NCBI GenBank assembly: GCA_009103225.1
Contig: RHPI01001737.1
Span: forward strand, 735,646 to 799,645
Length of the DNA stretch: 64,000 nucleotides
Reading direction: 5' to 3'
DNA from: Chlorokybus atmophyticus
Lineage: Eukaryota; Plantae; Mesostigma and Chlorokybus algae
In this document: positions 23,550 through 36,259 of the stretch, one piece after another
Position numbering within the stretch: position 1 is the stretch's first letter
Layout: each line of letters starts with the position of its first letter
Translations under genes and position numbers: made by a program
The notes under the pieces: model-generated
The model's input: the letters and a program-made list of their open reading frames with translations, nothing else
Told to the model about the DNA's origin: nothing
Databases searched by the model: none

Positions 23550-25500
23550 GAGTCGTGGAGGTTCACGTGTTCCGCCGACAACAAGGCATCACCGTGTTGG
23601 AACTATTTGGAGGTATAGGTAGTGGCCTCGCCGCTGTCCTCAACACCGGCGCGACGGGCACCAATTACTTCTACTGTGACCCTAATCCACACGCACAAAT
23701 TGCCCTGAGGCACTACTTGCGCCACCTACACAAATGCTATCCGCAGCAGTTGCCACTATCGGCACTACAAGGCAGTCTGAAGGCACTGCCACAGGATATC
23801 CGTTTGATCACTGCGGATTACTTCCTGGCGGTGGGCAACATCGACCTGCTGATAGCAAGATGAGAGTCTCAAGAACACTCTGAAGCAGGCAGAGGCCAGG
23901 GACTCTCTGATCTCTCGCTTGCGACTGTTCTCAGAACTGATGCGTGATAATCAAATTGGGGTCGCACCATGTATGGTGACCTGTTTGTATGAGTTTGCAA
24001 GGACCATGTACGGTGCAATGCCCCCTTGGCACAGAAGACCAGGCATGGTTTGTTACTTCCACATGTCTCGTGATTGACAGTCGCACCATGCACGGTCCAT
24101 GGATACGGAGCGGAAGTCTTTATTTAAACTGACATATTTTAAACCATGCATGATGCGCTGCCCTCCTGGCTTAGTGGACCATTTATGGTGCCGGTCTAAT
24201 CGACAATCGCACCATGCACGGTCCATGGATATGGACGTTGTTGTGCACCTATGGTCCACAAGCGGTACCATGCATGGTCCTAACAGACAACGCACCATAC
24301 ATGGTCTGATTGATAGTCGCACCATGCATGGTCTATCATGATGTCACAGCCATTGAAGCCATGCATGGTCCACAAGCGGCACCATGTCTGGTCCTAACAG
24401 ATAACGCACCACATGGTCTGAATGACAGTTGCACCATGCATGGTCTATCATGATGTCACAGCCATTGAATCCATGCATGGTTTTAGCACGGGTGCCTGCA
24501 CCGTGCCCGGTGCATACAATCCGACACGCATGCAATTCGTAGAAATGCTGTCATGGACTGTCAAACGATAGCCCATCAGTGTCAAGCCAGTGAGACTGTA
24601 GCTACAGTCTCCTACATGCACTTCAAGCTGCGTTTACAGGAGGTAACCGGAGCAGCTAACAACATCAGTCTGTTGTGTTGCTAGCATCTTCGCCTGGAAG
24701 CCAGACTTGTGCTCTTCCTGGTTGATTCAGTCCCAATGTGAAGACACCCGCGACAGCCTTGCTCAACAGCATCTCTTGCAAACACTCAGCGCGTGCTTGT
24801 TGAGCTCTGCACAACAACTGTATTGTCACGTGCTTACACAAACAGTAACTTGACCATAGCATAGGAAACCACCCACTTAGGAGGATGACGAGGGCAATCT
24901 CATTTTGAGCAATCAGCTGTTCAGGCCTCCTGGGTACATTATTGCAAACATGCTCTCCGATGACGATAAGCGTCATTACGTGGCCAACAGCTTTCGACAG
25001 GTGTGTTCCTTGCTGGGGCATCCTCTTAAAATCAACGCAGCGCGTCATGAATCCCGTGCTCATCACGTCCGTGCCATGCGGACCAACCTGGCCACAGTCG
25101 AGGATCTCTCACGGCTATTGAATATCTGCACAGCAATTGTCCACGCGATCTCACCGTCGACGCTATCCTGGACCCTGGGCGCATAGCACAACCGGTCACG
25201 CAATACGATCACCAGCACTTTTACTAATGCAACTAGCCTGGTCAACCACGTCGTGCGCTCCCACCTCTGGTGACTTACCTATGATCATACGCCTTCCACA
25301 ACCAAGGCGAAGGTATGGTGTGAGATTCCAACACAGGCCGGCCGGAGGAATTCAATGCTCGCGAGCGCAAACGCGCCATGGGATTCTCTTCAAGCAGTAT
25401 CACAGATTCCATGCCGACCGCCAGTCAGCACTGTTAGTTGTTGGGACGCGCGATAACCCAAAACAGCATGGTGTGGTTATTTGAGATATGCTTTGCTTAA
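23550..25500 (+). pseudogene. C5 cytosine DNA methyltransferase domain (copy 2), split by ~945-bp insertion
   Basis: ITVLELFGGIGSGLAAVL; IDLLIAR*ESQEHS (motif IV with Cys TGT->TCT); GYIIANM (motif VI mutated); later FNARERKRAMGFS...GTRDNP. Confidence 0.87.
23957..24500. repeat. Palindromic-core minisatellite (ACCATGCATGGT) within the insertion in the DNMT
   Basis: More than ten variants of GCACCATGCAYGGTCC; ~114-bp higher-order duplication at ~24256-24369 and ~24370-24481. Confidence 0.85.
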
Positions 25501-25749
25501 GGACCGCCATGTATCCTTCCAATAGCTTGAACACCTGGCGGGGGGTGGGGCTGATTGCGTTCGAGAAATCAAAGCGACACACACCGCCCTTAAAATCGCC
25601 CACCTGGAGGAGCAGGCAGCAGTCAATGTGGAGGACATTCCAATAGTTGCCAATGCTGCCTCTTGGTCCAATGCCATTGGACCGCTGGCTACAGACCATA
25701 CGCAAGAACAACTCGAGGCTCTCCTCAACAAGTGGAGAAGTCAGTTCAG

Positions 25750-26694
25750 CTTCAACGTGAAGGAATTGGGCATCTGCTCAGTTTATCAAATGGACATCGA
25801 GTTGGTGGACACCGAACCGATGTTCTGACGACAGTACCGTATCTCCAAGTTGGAAGAAGACTTGGTGGAGCAGAGGTGCAAGGCTCTGTTTGATGCAGGT
25901 CTGATTGAGGAGGCCACATCGGACTTTGCGACCGTCATGCCCCTAATGAAGGATTCAGCAAGCAACTGGACAGATCGGCGTATGTGCGGTGACTACCGCC
26001 ACCTCAACAACAAGACCAAGCAAGATCTTGCTTGGTCTTGTTGTTGAGGCATTGGGTACCTGTCTAGACAGGTATCCAATGCTTACTGCAGAGGGTATTT
26101 TTTATGATGTAGGAGACTGTACTGTCTTCAGTATCCTAGACATGCGCCAAGGGTACAATCAAATCTCCATAAAGGACGAGGACAAGCACAAGACCTCCTT
26201 CTGGGGCAACCGACGACTGTACCAATGAAAAGTGATGCCGTCCGAGCTGAGGAACGCCCGCCAACTTTTAGCACGTCATGAACAAAGCCTTCAAGGGACC
26301 GGACTTCGCGCGATGCTACATTGACGACATTCTCATCTTCAGCCGCAGCAACGAAGAGCATCTACAGCACATCGAGGAGGTGCTGAAGAGACTCAAAGGG
26401 GTGGGGATGACTGTGCACCCCGACAAGTGCACCTTCTTCACTCACAAGATACCCTACTTAGGGCACATGCTTGTGCCCCACGGTGTGTATGTACAGCAGG
26501 CCAAGGTGGAGGCACTGGTGGCCATCCCTGCCCATATAGATCTCACGCGACTGCGTGATTTCCTCGGCCTTGCCAACTACTACAAAAGGTTCGTCAAGGA
26601 TTTTGCGGAAATCGTGCGGCCACTCAATGAGCTGCTAGGAAGGACACGGAGTTCTTGTGAAAGGAGGCACAACAAGGGGCCTTCGAGGAGTTGA
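25750..26694 (+). pseudogene. Gypsy reverse transcriptase (copy 2)
   Basis: RRMCGDYRHLN, LDMRQGYNQI, CYIDDILIFS, FLGLANYY; stops and frameshifts. Confidence 0.95.
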
Positions 26695-27100
26695 AGCTCC
26701 GACTCACCACAGCTCCCATTCTTCACCGACCTAACTACAACAGGTTATTCATCCTGCACACAGATTGGAGCAAGCTCGGCATGGGAGCAGTGCTCGTGCA
26801 GCACGATGATAACAAGAAGGAGCGCGTAGTATCGTATGCCAGCCGCAGCAACAATAGTGTCGAGGCCAACTACAGCAGCTACAAGGGGGAGGGTCTCGCC
26901 GCAGTATGGGCCATCTCTTTCTTCCGCCCCGATCTGTTTGAACAACAATTCCAACCATTGAAGTGGCTGATGACCAACCAGCATCTGACAGGAAAGCTGA
27001 CACGGTGGGCACTATTACTGCAGGAGTATAACTTGGAGGTGAAGCATCGCGCAGGCCTATCCAACCAGGACGCAGACGGCCTTAGTCGCAACCCCCACCT
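26691..27100 (+). pseudogene. Ty3-type RNase H (copy 2)
   Basis: FILHTDWSKLGMGAVLVQ...EGLAAVWAI...RWALLLQEY. Confidence 0.93.
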
Positions 27101-27439
27101 CAGCACTTACGATGCGAAAGGAGCCCGGCTATGCAGCAGCAGCTCCCATTGTGGCAGCCATGTTTGCTGCGGCCGCATTACGCTCAGAGCGCAAGATCAA
27201 CACCACTGCCACATCAATGGCGGAGGAGATTCCTGCCTTTGAATCTACCGGCCCCACGTTGACCACACCCTTAGGGGACGCCCACGCGGTCGACATTGAA
27301 GTCGATGACACAGAGCCGGTACCCATCGACACCAGGCAGGACAAATGGCTGAACAAGCCATCATTCTCCTTCCTTTAAAGCGGCCAGCTTCCCTCCGGCA
27401 CGAGTGCACAAAGTAGAGACCGTGTCAACCAATGCACCC

Positions 27440-28500
27440 GCCACTATTGTGGCGGCTAAGCTGTATCGCCGCTTTCATGACGAAGACAAGGAAGTGCCGA
27501 CACCAACCACACGCGAGGGCATCATCACTGCCCTCCACACTGAGCTTGGACACTTCGGTGTCAAGCGTACAGTCAGCCTGATAAGGGCACAATATTGGAG
27601 GTATGGGTTGTCCAAGTCGGTGCAGGGGTTCGTCAGTTATTGCCAACAATGTGACATGGTGCGCCTCAGCCTTAACACACGCAGCGCCACCTTGCACCCA
27701 CTCCCCATCTCCGGTCTATTCTATCGTTGGGGACTCGACATCCTGTGAGACTTGGCACCCTCGGCACGTGGCAACCCTTACATCCTGGTCATGATCGAGC
27801 ACTTCTCTAAATGGGTGGAGCTGGTGCCACTACTCGACAAGAGCGGCAGGGGGGTGTTTCAAGCTTTCCTCTCCCATGTCCTCAACCGGTTCGGCAGCTG
27901 CGCTGAGGTCATCACCGACCAAGGCACTGAGTTTGGAGGGAAGTTCGACACCCTTTTTGACAGGTGCTACATCGATCATCGCCGAACCTCGCGTGAAAAG
28001 AACAACTGGGATGACCACCTTCCGTGGGTGGCCCTTAGATATCGATTGTTAAAACAGGCGGCTCTGCACGAGTACAGCCCATGGTACCTGCTGTTCGGCC
28101 GTCCGCCATTGCTTCCCTTTCGTGCACAACAGTAGTGGATCGTGTGGTGAACGACCTCCACGATCCTGACTGGATGCACCACGACATTACCACACGCGCC
28201 GCGCTGTTCGAGCGCACCATCCCTATGGCCTTCAACAACCCACGCATCGCGCAGCACTGCGACACCCTGCGCAACGAGTGCGTGCGCAACGGCTTCTACA
28301 AGGAGCAATAAAGCATCAACGGCGGTTTCAAGCAAGGGACTTTGCCTACCGCATGGCAGCCACCAAGGACACGCTCGACACCTCCGTGGGCCGCACCGTC
28401 TACAAGGTACTCAAGGTGTACCCCACAGGGTGCTGGACCTCCTCGGTCAAAACGGGGAGAGGTTGAAAGACAACATGGAGAACTGCGCGCCATGTCACCT
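27440..28500 (+). pseudogene. Integrase (copy 2)
   Basis: LHTELGHFGVKRT...CQQC; MIEHFSKWVELVPL; ITDQGTEFGG; NWDDHLPWV; PWYLLFGRP. Confidence 0.92.
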
Positions 28501-28558
28501 CCGTTACGTAGTTGGCTTTGGGCGCATCCAGCACCCTCGCCCCGCCCGCAGCGCACAC

Positions 28559-28693
28559 TGTGAACGCTGCGGCAGCGCCGACGACGACGCACTCATAATG
28601 CTCTGCGATGGCTGTAACAAGGGCCTGCATTGCTACTGTCTGGAGGCCCCATTGGACGCCATACTCATGGAGGAGTATTGGTGCGACGATTGC
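28559..28693 (+). CDS. PHD finger (C4HC3) at the pol C-terminus
   Basis: CERC-x9-LCDGCNKGLHCYCL-x10-YWCDDC; all eight zinc ligands intact, stop at 28721-28723. Confidence 0.9.
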
Positions 28694-28989
28694 CGCGCCA
28701 ACGGCCCGTCTCACTGGCTTTAGCAGCTGAGCCCTGGAGCTGGAACTTCCTCAGAAGCCAGCTNGGGGCGGGGGCGGGGGGGCTTGTTGATTGTATGTCC
28801 TACAGCACAGCATGTACATTAAGAAGGACACCGACTCCACTTGTCTGTATTACTCAGCAGCAGCGGAGCGGCACAAAGCACTTGTCATCATAAGAGCGGG
28901 TCTTTTGCTTTTGCGACACGTTACAGCATGTTGCAGTAGCGTGGCTAGCGCGACGCTGCGCCGCTCGTAATGAAAAGAATGTAAAGTAA

Positions 28990-29720
28990 CAATGGTGTAG
29001 CTTGTGAGGCAGCACACATCACCAATGCCGTTCGTAAGACTCATCGTAGAGCAAGCTGAACACGTTGAAGTATTCAGATTTGCTTTAGTATATGACGTCG
29101 CAGCGTTTGTATCACGTGATGGCCAATTACCCGACCGGTTGATCCACAACGTGCAACGGCAATGCAACCCAAGGCTGAGAGTCTAAGATACACTTCACCT
29201 CCAACAACCATAACTCATAATTGTGAGTGACGATGCGATCTGGACTAGCCAACCAATGATGCCGTGAGAGCACGTGCAATCCGGTTGTGCACACTTCTGG
29301 ACTAGCAGCAGCTTCCATTTGCAACTGCACGCTTGTGCGGTATGCTTGCGCCACTGTCTCCTCATTGTTGATGCTAAAACATTGCCGGAGTGCATTGCGG
29401 TTCATCATTTGGATCTGCAAAAATTCCGCATTAAGTGTGAGTGCGGAAACACACTACACATGACGTAAAAACAAAGATGGATGCACACCCACCTGATCTT
29501 TTTCAGCATATAGCGTGATAGTGTTTGCGCACTCATGACGGGATGGTTGTTGATGGCCGCAAAAACGTTCAAACTGTCAAGCGCCGAGCCCGAGCTGTCA
29601 GCCATTCTTCGGTGCCTCGCTGTAATGTGTGTAGTTGAGCGCGTGCCTCGTCCATTGTTTGCAACCTCAAGCGCTCAACGATTGCTTGTTGTGCGCTTGT
29701 AAGATAATGCGAGTCATGAG
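28990..29720 (-). pseudogene. YqaJ / lambda-exonuclease-like PD-(D/E)XK nuclease pseudogene with an intron
   Basis: QRGTEEWLTARARRLT; NEETVAQAY; TGLHV..HHWLASPD; LLEVKC; QPVG*LAIT*YKRCD; GTGGGT...TTTTTGCAG intron at ~29420-29495; stops and a frameshift. Confidence 0.8.
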
Positions 29721-30282
29721 CTGATGTAGGATGCTGCATTTTCGGCTCTGCACATGCATATAAGCACATAGCAGAATAGCATACAACAGTATACAAATTA
29801 TGCATAGACACATTGTTTGGGGAGCATGCCACACAATAGATGCATCTAACAAGATGCGTATGCTTTGCACATATATTCTCCGGATCTAATGCATGCAACT
29901 AGAAGCGTATGCTCTGCACATGCATGTAACGACCACATATAAAGCTCCAAGTATACATAAACGTATGCACAGACATGTTGCAGGGAGGATATCAAACAGT
30001 TTGCATCTAAGCAGATGCTTATCATACCCTGGTAGACAATGTAATCAGGTCCAATGTCATGTCTTTTCCTGCTTCTTCATATGCAGGTGGAGTATCCACC
30101 CCGGCCCCCTCCACGCTCACGGAGCCCAATCAGCGCCCTCCTCCTCTTCCTTCTCCCTCTCCTCTTCACAACTAAGTGCCCAACTCCTAGCACCCGTCGC
30201 CGCCTCTCCGGGAGTCTGGATTAAGATGATAGATCAACCCTGCCACTCCCGTTCCCACCTCAACACCTCCTCCTTCTCCCCG

Positions 30283-30313
<31 letters not shown>

Positions 30314-33300
30314 CCGCTAGTCCAGTAGTATTTATTGGTTACGTGTACTTTACTGCGCATGCCTTGATGAATTTCACCAGGGCATGAGCTGTACGCCACT
30401 ATATACACTGCACAGTGTACAACGGTACCATCCGCGCGTACCGGAACCCCAAGCTCCACACAGTGCAAACCCTGAAAAACTTTACACTTTTGTGGGATGT
30501 TAACGGGTGTGGTCCTTACCCTATTACTGTGCCACACAAGTTGACGGAGGCGCCAATGGTGTCTACTCACATTCGCGTAATCTATTTCATGGCAATGAAC
30601 GGGGGCTCGCGCAAGCTCTTAAAAGCTTGTTACGTTGCAAAAAGTACGTATGAGCGGGGTCTCAAGGTTGTTTGCGTTGCTCACCACTCTCTAGACTTAA
30701 TGTAACTCACGAGAGGAGTAAGTAATTAACGATCCATACGAGGTTGTATGAACATTAGCTTAAAAGTGCGGAGTGCGTTCCAAAATTGGCACATGCAGTT
30801 GAATGTGAGCAAAACGGCTTGGACAAATTGTCTACGATATGGCATATGTAGGATTGGGATTGATTGTTGTAGACGAGTTAATCATTTGGCCATGCCATAT
30901 TTTTAAGGTGCACCACGCTGATAAACACAAAGCTGCAGCTAATGGGCACGTGGACATGTTACCCTTGATGTTTCTTGCAGTTGGTTGGCCAAGCGGCATT
31001 CATACTATTATGACAGCATGTTTGCAGGTTGTTCTGTTGGTCTGCGCGTGTTAGCAATACTTACAGGAGTTACGCACATGTGCAAAATATCATCCAATTT
31101 CACGTCTTCACGTCTAGTTAGGCCCGTTTTCAGATGACCTTGCCTATGCGGCATAGGCAAGGTCATTGATGCATTGCAAGTTGTTGTGTTGCACGTTACA
31201 CGCTACATGTACATAGTGCAACACGTATATGCACAAGAACACTAGCGCTGTAATATTGCCGAGCAATGAATCGGCTCGATTGGGATTATGAAGTGTTGGA
31301 TGAAGTGTTGGATGAAGTGTTGGATGTGTGCATTTACATCTACTTGCGGAACACGATCTTCTTGAGAATTTTAATCAACCATGCTAGTTGTGATCCTTGC
31401 GTCATAAATATGCACGAATCGCGACATACATTGGTACGGACTTGCGATTGATGTTTAATCACATTGATAATGTATTATATTGATGTATGAGTGGAACAAC
31501 TTCATAGTAATAATAGATTGCTCATTCAATTATGGAAACATACAAACGCATCAATTGGCAGTTACGTTAACGTTTGCTTTATTGTGTGTCGTTTACACTC
31601 ATCCACCCATATGCTTGCTAGATGTATAGTCAACCTTTTGTGGTGTATGTATCTACGCTGTTCGGCTGCTCCGAGAAGCGCCACTGCAATGTTTTTCTCA
31701 TTCGATTTTGCATTTTGCTTTAATCAAAGAAACGCGGTTTAAAGACAAGCTGCACTCATGTAAGGGTACTTGATCATGCTGGGCAATCTTTAAGTACAGC
31801 TAGACGGACAAGTTGTACGTAACAAAACCCTACATGGCGCATGATTTGCTGACGTTTAGCGGATCCGCTGAAGGTTCGCAGATCATTTGCAACAAAGCGC
31901 TTCTTCTATTGTATGAACAGCGATAGCGTTGCATTCAGCTCTTGTTGAAAAAGGCCGCTGTTCACGTCACTTTGCTAACAACAAACCCTGACACATTTTT
32001 GTTAAGATCGTGTCATTTATTTATGAGACGTGTCGTAATAAGTCGCTAAACTTTGAACACTGATATGACGATTATATGCAAAAAGGTACTGATACTCTTC
32101 TCGGTACAAAATTAGCATTCTCTGTATTACGTCATGATAAACTAAAAATTGCGTATAAAACTTCATATGCGCGATCTTCATTTAATCCAAATGTGTGAAA
32201 TAAATGCGCGATGTATCAAGAGTTTGCGGTATTCACATGTTTTACAATAGTATAGCGGCCGTGTATTTCATTCAAGTTGCAGCAGCAGAGGGTCACGATC
32301 AACAAATTGCCATGATTAACTAATCAAATAGCTATCAACCGCGGGTGCTTTTTACCACTGACCAAATTGCAACTACATCATCGATTCTCCTTTTAAAATT
32401 GGTTTGGATTTTTGTAATGCCATCACCTGCAATGATAGTCTGAAATTTGGGTTATATATTAGGGGGGAAGAAATGTACGTGCCTTTCTGTATTGCCGCTT
32501 GGATCACTTAAAAAATACGGTGGTAGTGCTGGTCATTTTAAACACGCGGCGAGAAACCTCTCTTGAAAAGGTTCGTGGGCTCTTACAACCAATATCAACA
32601 ACAAAGCTTGCTACAGTTCTACCATAGACCCTTTGAGGCCCGTCGCACAAATTTGAGGGGACACTTTTGCAGCAATGTGGAAACGGTGATGCTGCAAGCT
32701 CATCGAGAAAGCGGGTTCAGATATGAGCAAGCGTTGAAAGGGAGCCCCCCCCCCGTTGATTCANCCCCCCACACACACGAGAGCAAGACGGCGAGACAAG
32801 AGCGCAGGTGGCGAAAATTCTAACTTGCATATGCTTGGATAAACATCAGTTGTTCGGGTCGTTTTGGACGAGTGGCGGCCTCAAACCGATATCAACGAAA
32901 ACAAAGCCTTACCATAATTCAAGCACAAATTCTCCAAGGACTGCCGCACAATCCCAAAGAGACACTTTTTAAGCAAACGGTGATCATGATGCTGCAAATC
33001 CGCGTAGCTACCGCCAGCAGTGTTGGCACATCAACTTTGCTATCCAACGCAAGCACCCACAGTCCATCATTGTGTTTGTCACAGTGACAAACATGAAAGT
33101 CAACATTTCTTCTGGCGAGTTGTAGTAACAATCAATGGTAATAACGTTACGTGTGGAAATATGCATTTCTGTGACTTAGCACTTAGCTTACACGAACCTA
33201 TAAAAGTTCCTACCACAATTGCAATCTACTATAGCATTGGTAGACACAAGTAGCTATTTTGCGCTTGTATGTTATACGGCTAGCTAGCCTATATGTTAAA

Positions 33301-33523
33301 CTTTGACCCAAAAGTTGAATTGGTGGTAAAAAATTCCCAAACTTACTGTCGAATTCATAACTGTAATTGTAAGTTCATTCCGTAACCTTAAAGGCGACCG
33401 TAACATCAGCAGGCTCAACATCCAACAGTGCTCAGCAGCTTAACACGGTCAAATTTGCCGCGTCCAGCAGCTACTGCCCCTTGCTGTGCCTAGCAGGTTG
33501 TGCCACAGCGGCTCACAATAAGA

Positions 33524-34077
<554 letters not shown>

Positions 34078-35118
34078 GTATATTGATATATATGTATGTA
34101 CGTATAATGTGTGTGGGTGTGTGATAGGATATGAGACTATCCTACGCCCCCCCGCCCCCCCTCTGCGCGCGAAGTTGTCACAAGGAGTTACTTGGTGGTT
34201 TGGTGGGGTGATTTTGTTGAGGCAAATACGGTATGCCATAAGAGATGGCAATACAATACATTTTATGCAATACATCAGTGATGTGCATGCTGACCTTTGA
34301 GGAAGTTCGCTATTGGTTGTTATTATGGCAGTTTAAATAGATGCTCGTCTACGGTGTCAAGCTGTAAATTGATACAAATCGCAAGCAACAGGTATGTTAA
34401 TGTATATCAAAGTTTGCAGCAGTTGACGCAAGCTGCGCTCCATTACTCATGCACCTCTATAGCAGCCTTACTTTAACTTCCAAGTTTTGTGGAATTCTAC
34501 AAGCACTCCCGCAATCAAGCCTTATGAGTACATAATAAAAGCCCGAGAATGATGCAATGTTATGATGATGCAAACATTTTTAAGGTATTCATGTTAACAA
34601 TGTTCAACAATATAAAGATAATGCAATCAGTATTCATGATCATTGTTCACGTGCACCTGTCGTATATATGAATATGTTGAGGTCACCTCATTGTGACCCA
34701 GCACTGCTATGTCATAATGAAACCGGCAGACACTCAGTCGTACACAAATTCACGATGTTCGTATATAAAACTACAAGGTGCTAGACACATGCAACATCTT
34801 GCATAGTCACACGTTGCCACATGCACGCAGTCCACACACTCATCGTTATGTGCTGAAAATCATGCTAGCACCGGGCTCAACTACACTCACTACATCTACT
34901 TTTCTGCCCACCCCATCAAACATGCACACGGGCATACATTAAAAGTAGTGCCTGCCCACACGGGCGTTGCGTGCGTGCGTGGAGGACGCGCGCAAGAGAG
35001 AGGGGTAAGTTGCATAATGCTTCACTTACCCACATAAATGAATGAGCTTCCATTGACCTCCAAGTTTCCTTCCTAGGCTGTAATTGCATCGCAATAATAA
35101 CAACAATTATAGTTGCAG

Positions 35119-35287
<169 letters not shown>

Positions 35288-36259
35288 NTAGCTCTCCATC
35301 AGCATGTTACGCGTCACACTCTAGTATTGCTACCGTAAAAGGCTCCGTCGTCCGCATCTAGCAGGGGTCTTATTTAACAGAGTAGCCCAAAGCCTTTGAG
35401 CTAGTCTTCTGAGAAGACTAGGTGAATAACAAATTATTATAAGTGCTGGTTAGGTATTAAAACCAACCAAGGTGCTACAGGTTAGGAAGCGACTGGTACC
35501 AATCGCTTTCTAAAACAGACTTGCTTTGGAAATAAGTCTTTGCATGCACAATGCATAAAGCATCAGGCATTTTCCCCGCATAAAGCAAACCACAAGCCTT
35601 GTTCCGGAAGCTAGTTGTGACACTTCTGCGACCCAGACACATACTTTTAATCTTGAGCTGATGGCAGGATGGCACAATGACTGCTAGGCTGAATTGAGTA
35701 TAACCATTGCTGCATACCTCTGCTTCGCAAACTATCTAGCTCCCCACCACCTCTGTACAAAAGGTTCATGCTTCATATGTGTTATAATAATGCCGCGATG
35801 CATCGCAGCATGCAAGTGCTATCAAGCTGCACATATAACGTGAAGCTTGACACCTTATACGAGCAAGTATCTCATACAGGCACGACGCCATGACGATCAA
35901 CTTGTAGGCACCAACAAGCTGCTTTCATCTTGCTCACGCTATAGCTAGCACTTTCATGCATATCATTTTAGCTGCAGAGTTTCTCGTTGCTTGGGTGTCT
36001 CATAGATGCTCCCGCAAGTGGCGCCCGCAAGTGTGGTACCGCTGGTGACATACCACTTTTGCAAGTTGGTACATCACAGGAAAGTTGACGACACAGCAAG
36101 TGCATGCCAAGACAAATTGCAAGCGCTGTGTATCATACAATGATAGATACTATGATGGAGTATGAATTGGAGCAAAGGAAATTTGCAAACACCCACCGGC
36201 AAGTCAGCTCATAACGACTGAAAGTTGGGAGGTGGCCTCAGGCAGCAGCTCCGTTAGCA

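Larger units (their letters stand above)
18651..28760 (+). mobile_element. Ty3/Gypsy LTR retrotransposon, DNMT- and PHD-bearing family, copy 2 (degenerate; 3' LTR not seen)
   Basis: Colinear with copy 1; gag-PR-DNMT-RT-RH-INT-PHD; ends at a single N (28764) followed by a G-rich run. Confidence 0.93.

Noticed and set aside
23957-24500. Palindromic repeat array superficially like a CRISPR array
   Set aside because: Units vary, the spacers are themselves repeated, the context is eukaryotic and no cas genes are present.
24850-24900. Weak resemblance to a second DNMT motif IV (IA*E...G*RGQ) at the end of the insertion
   Set aside because: Too short and degenerate; flanking sequence does not align with the DNMT.
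3420-26700. Stop codons arising mainly from CAA/CAG->TAA/TAG and TGG->TGA/TAG, suggesting non-CG methylation-driven decay
   Set aside because: Transition-derived stops can only come from these codons, so the sample is biased; a full context-resolved substitution count against a consensus is needed.
28765-28782. G-rich run as polypurine tract with a following 3' LTR
   Set aside because: It follows an N, contains C, and the downstream sequence does not match the 5' LTR; it may lie across an assembly break.
1-29000. Many ORF-track ORFs antisense or out of frame to the retroelement pol
   Set aside because: They are shadows of the GC-rich retroelement coding strand and carry no independent motifs.
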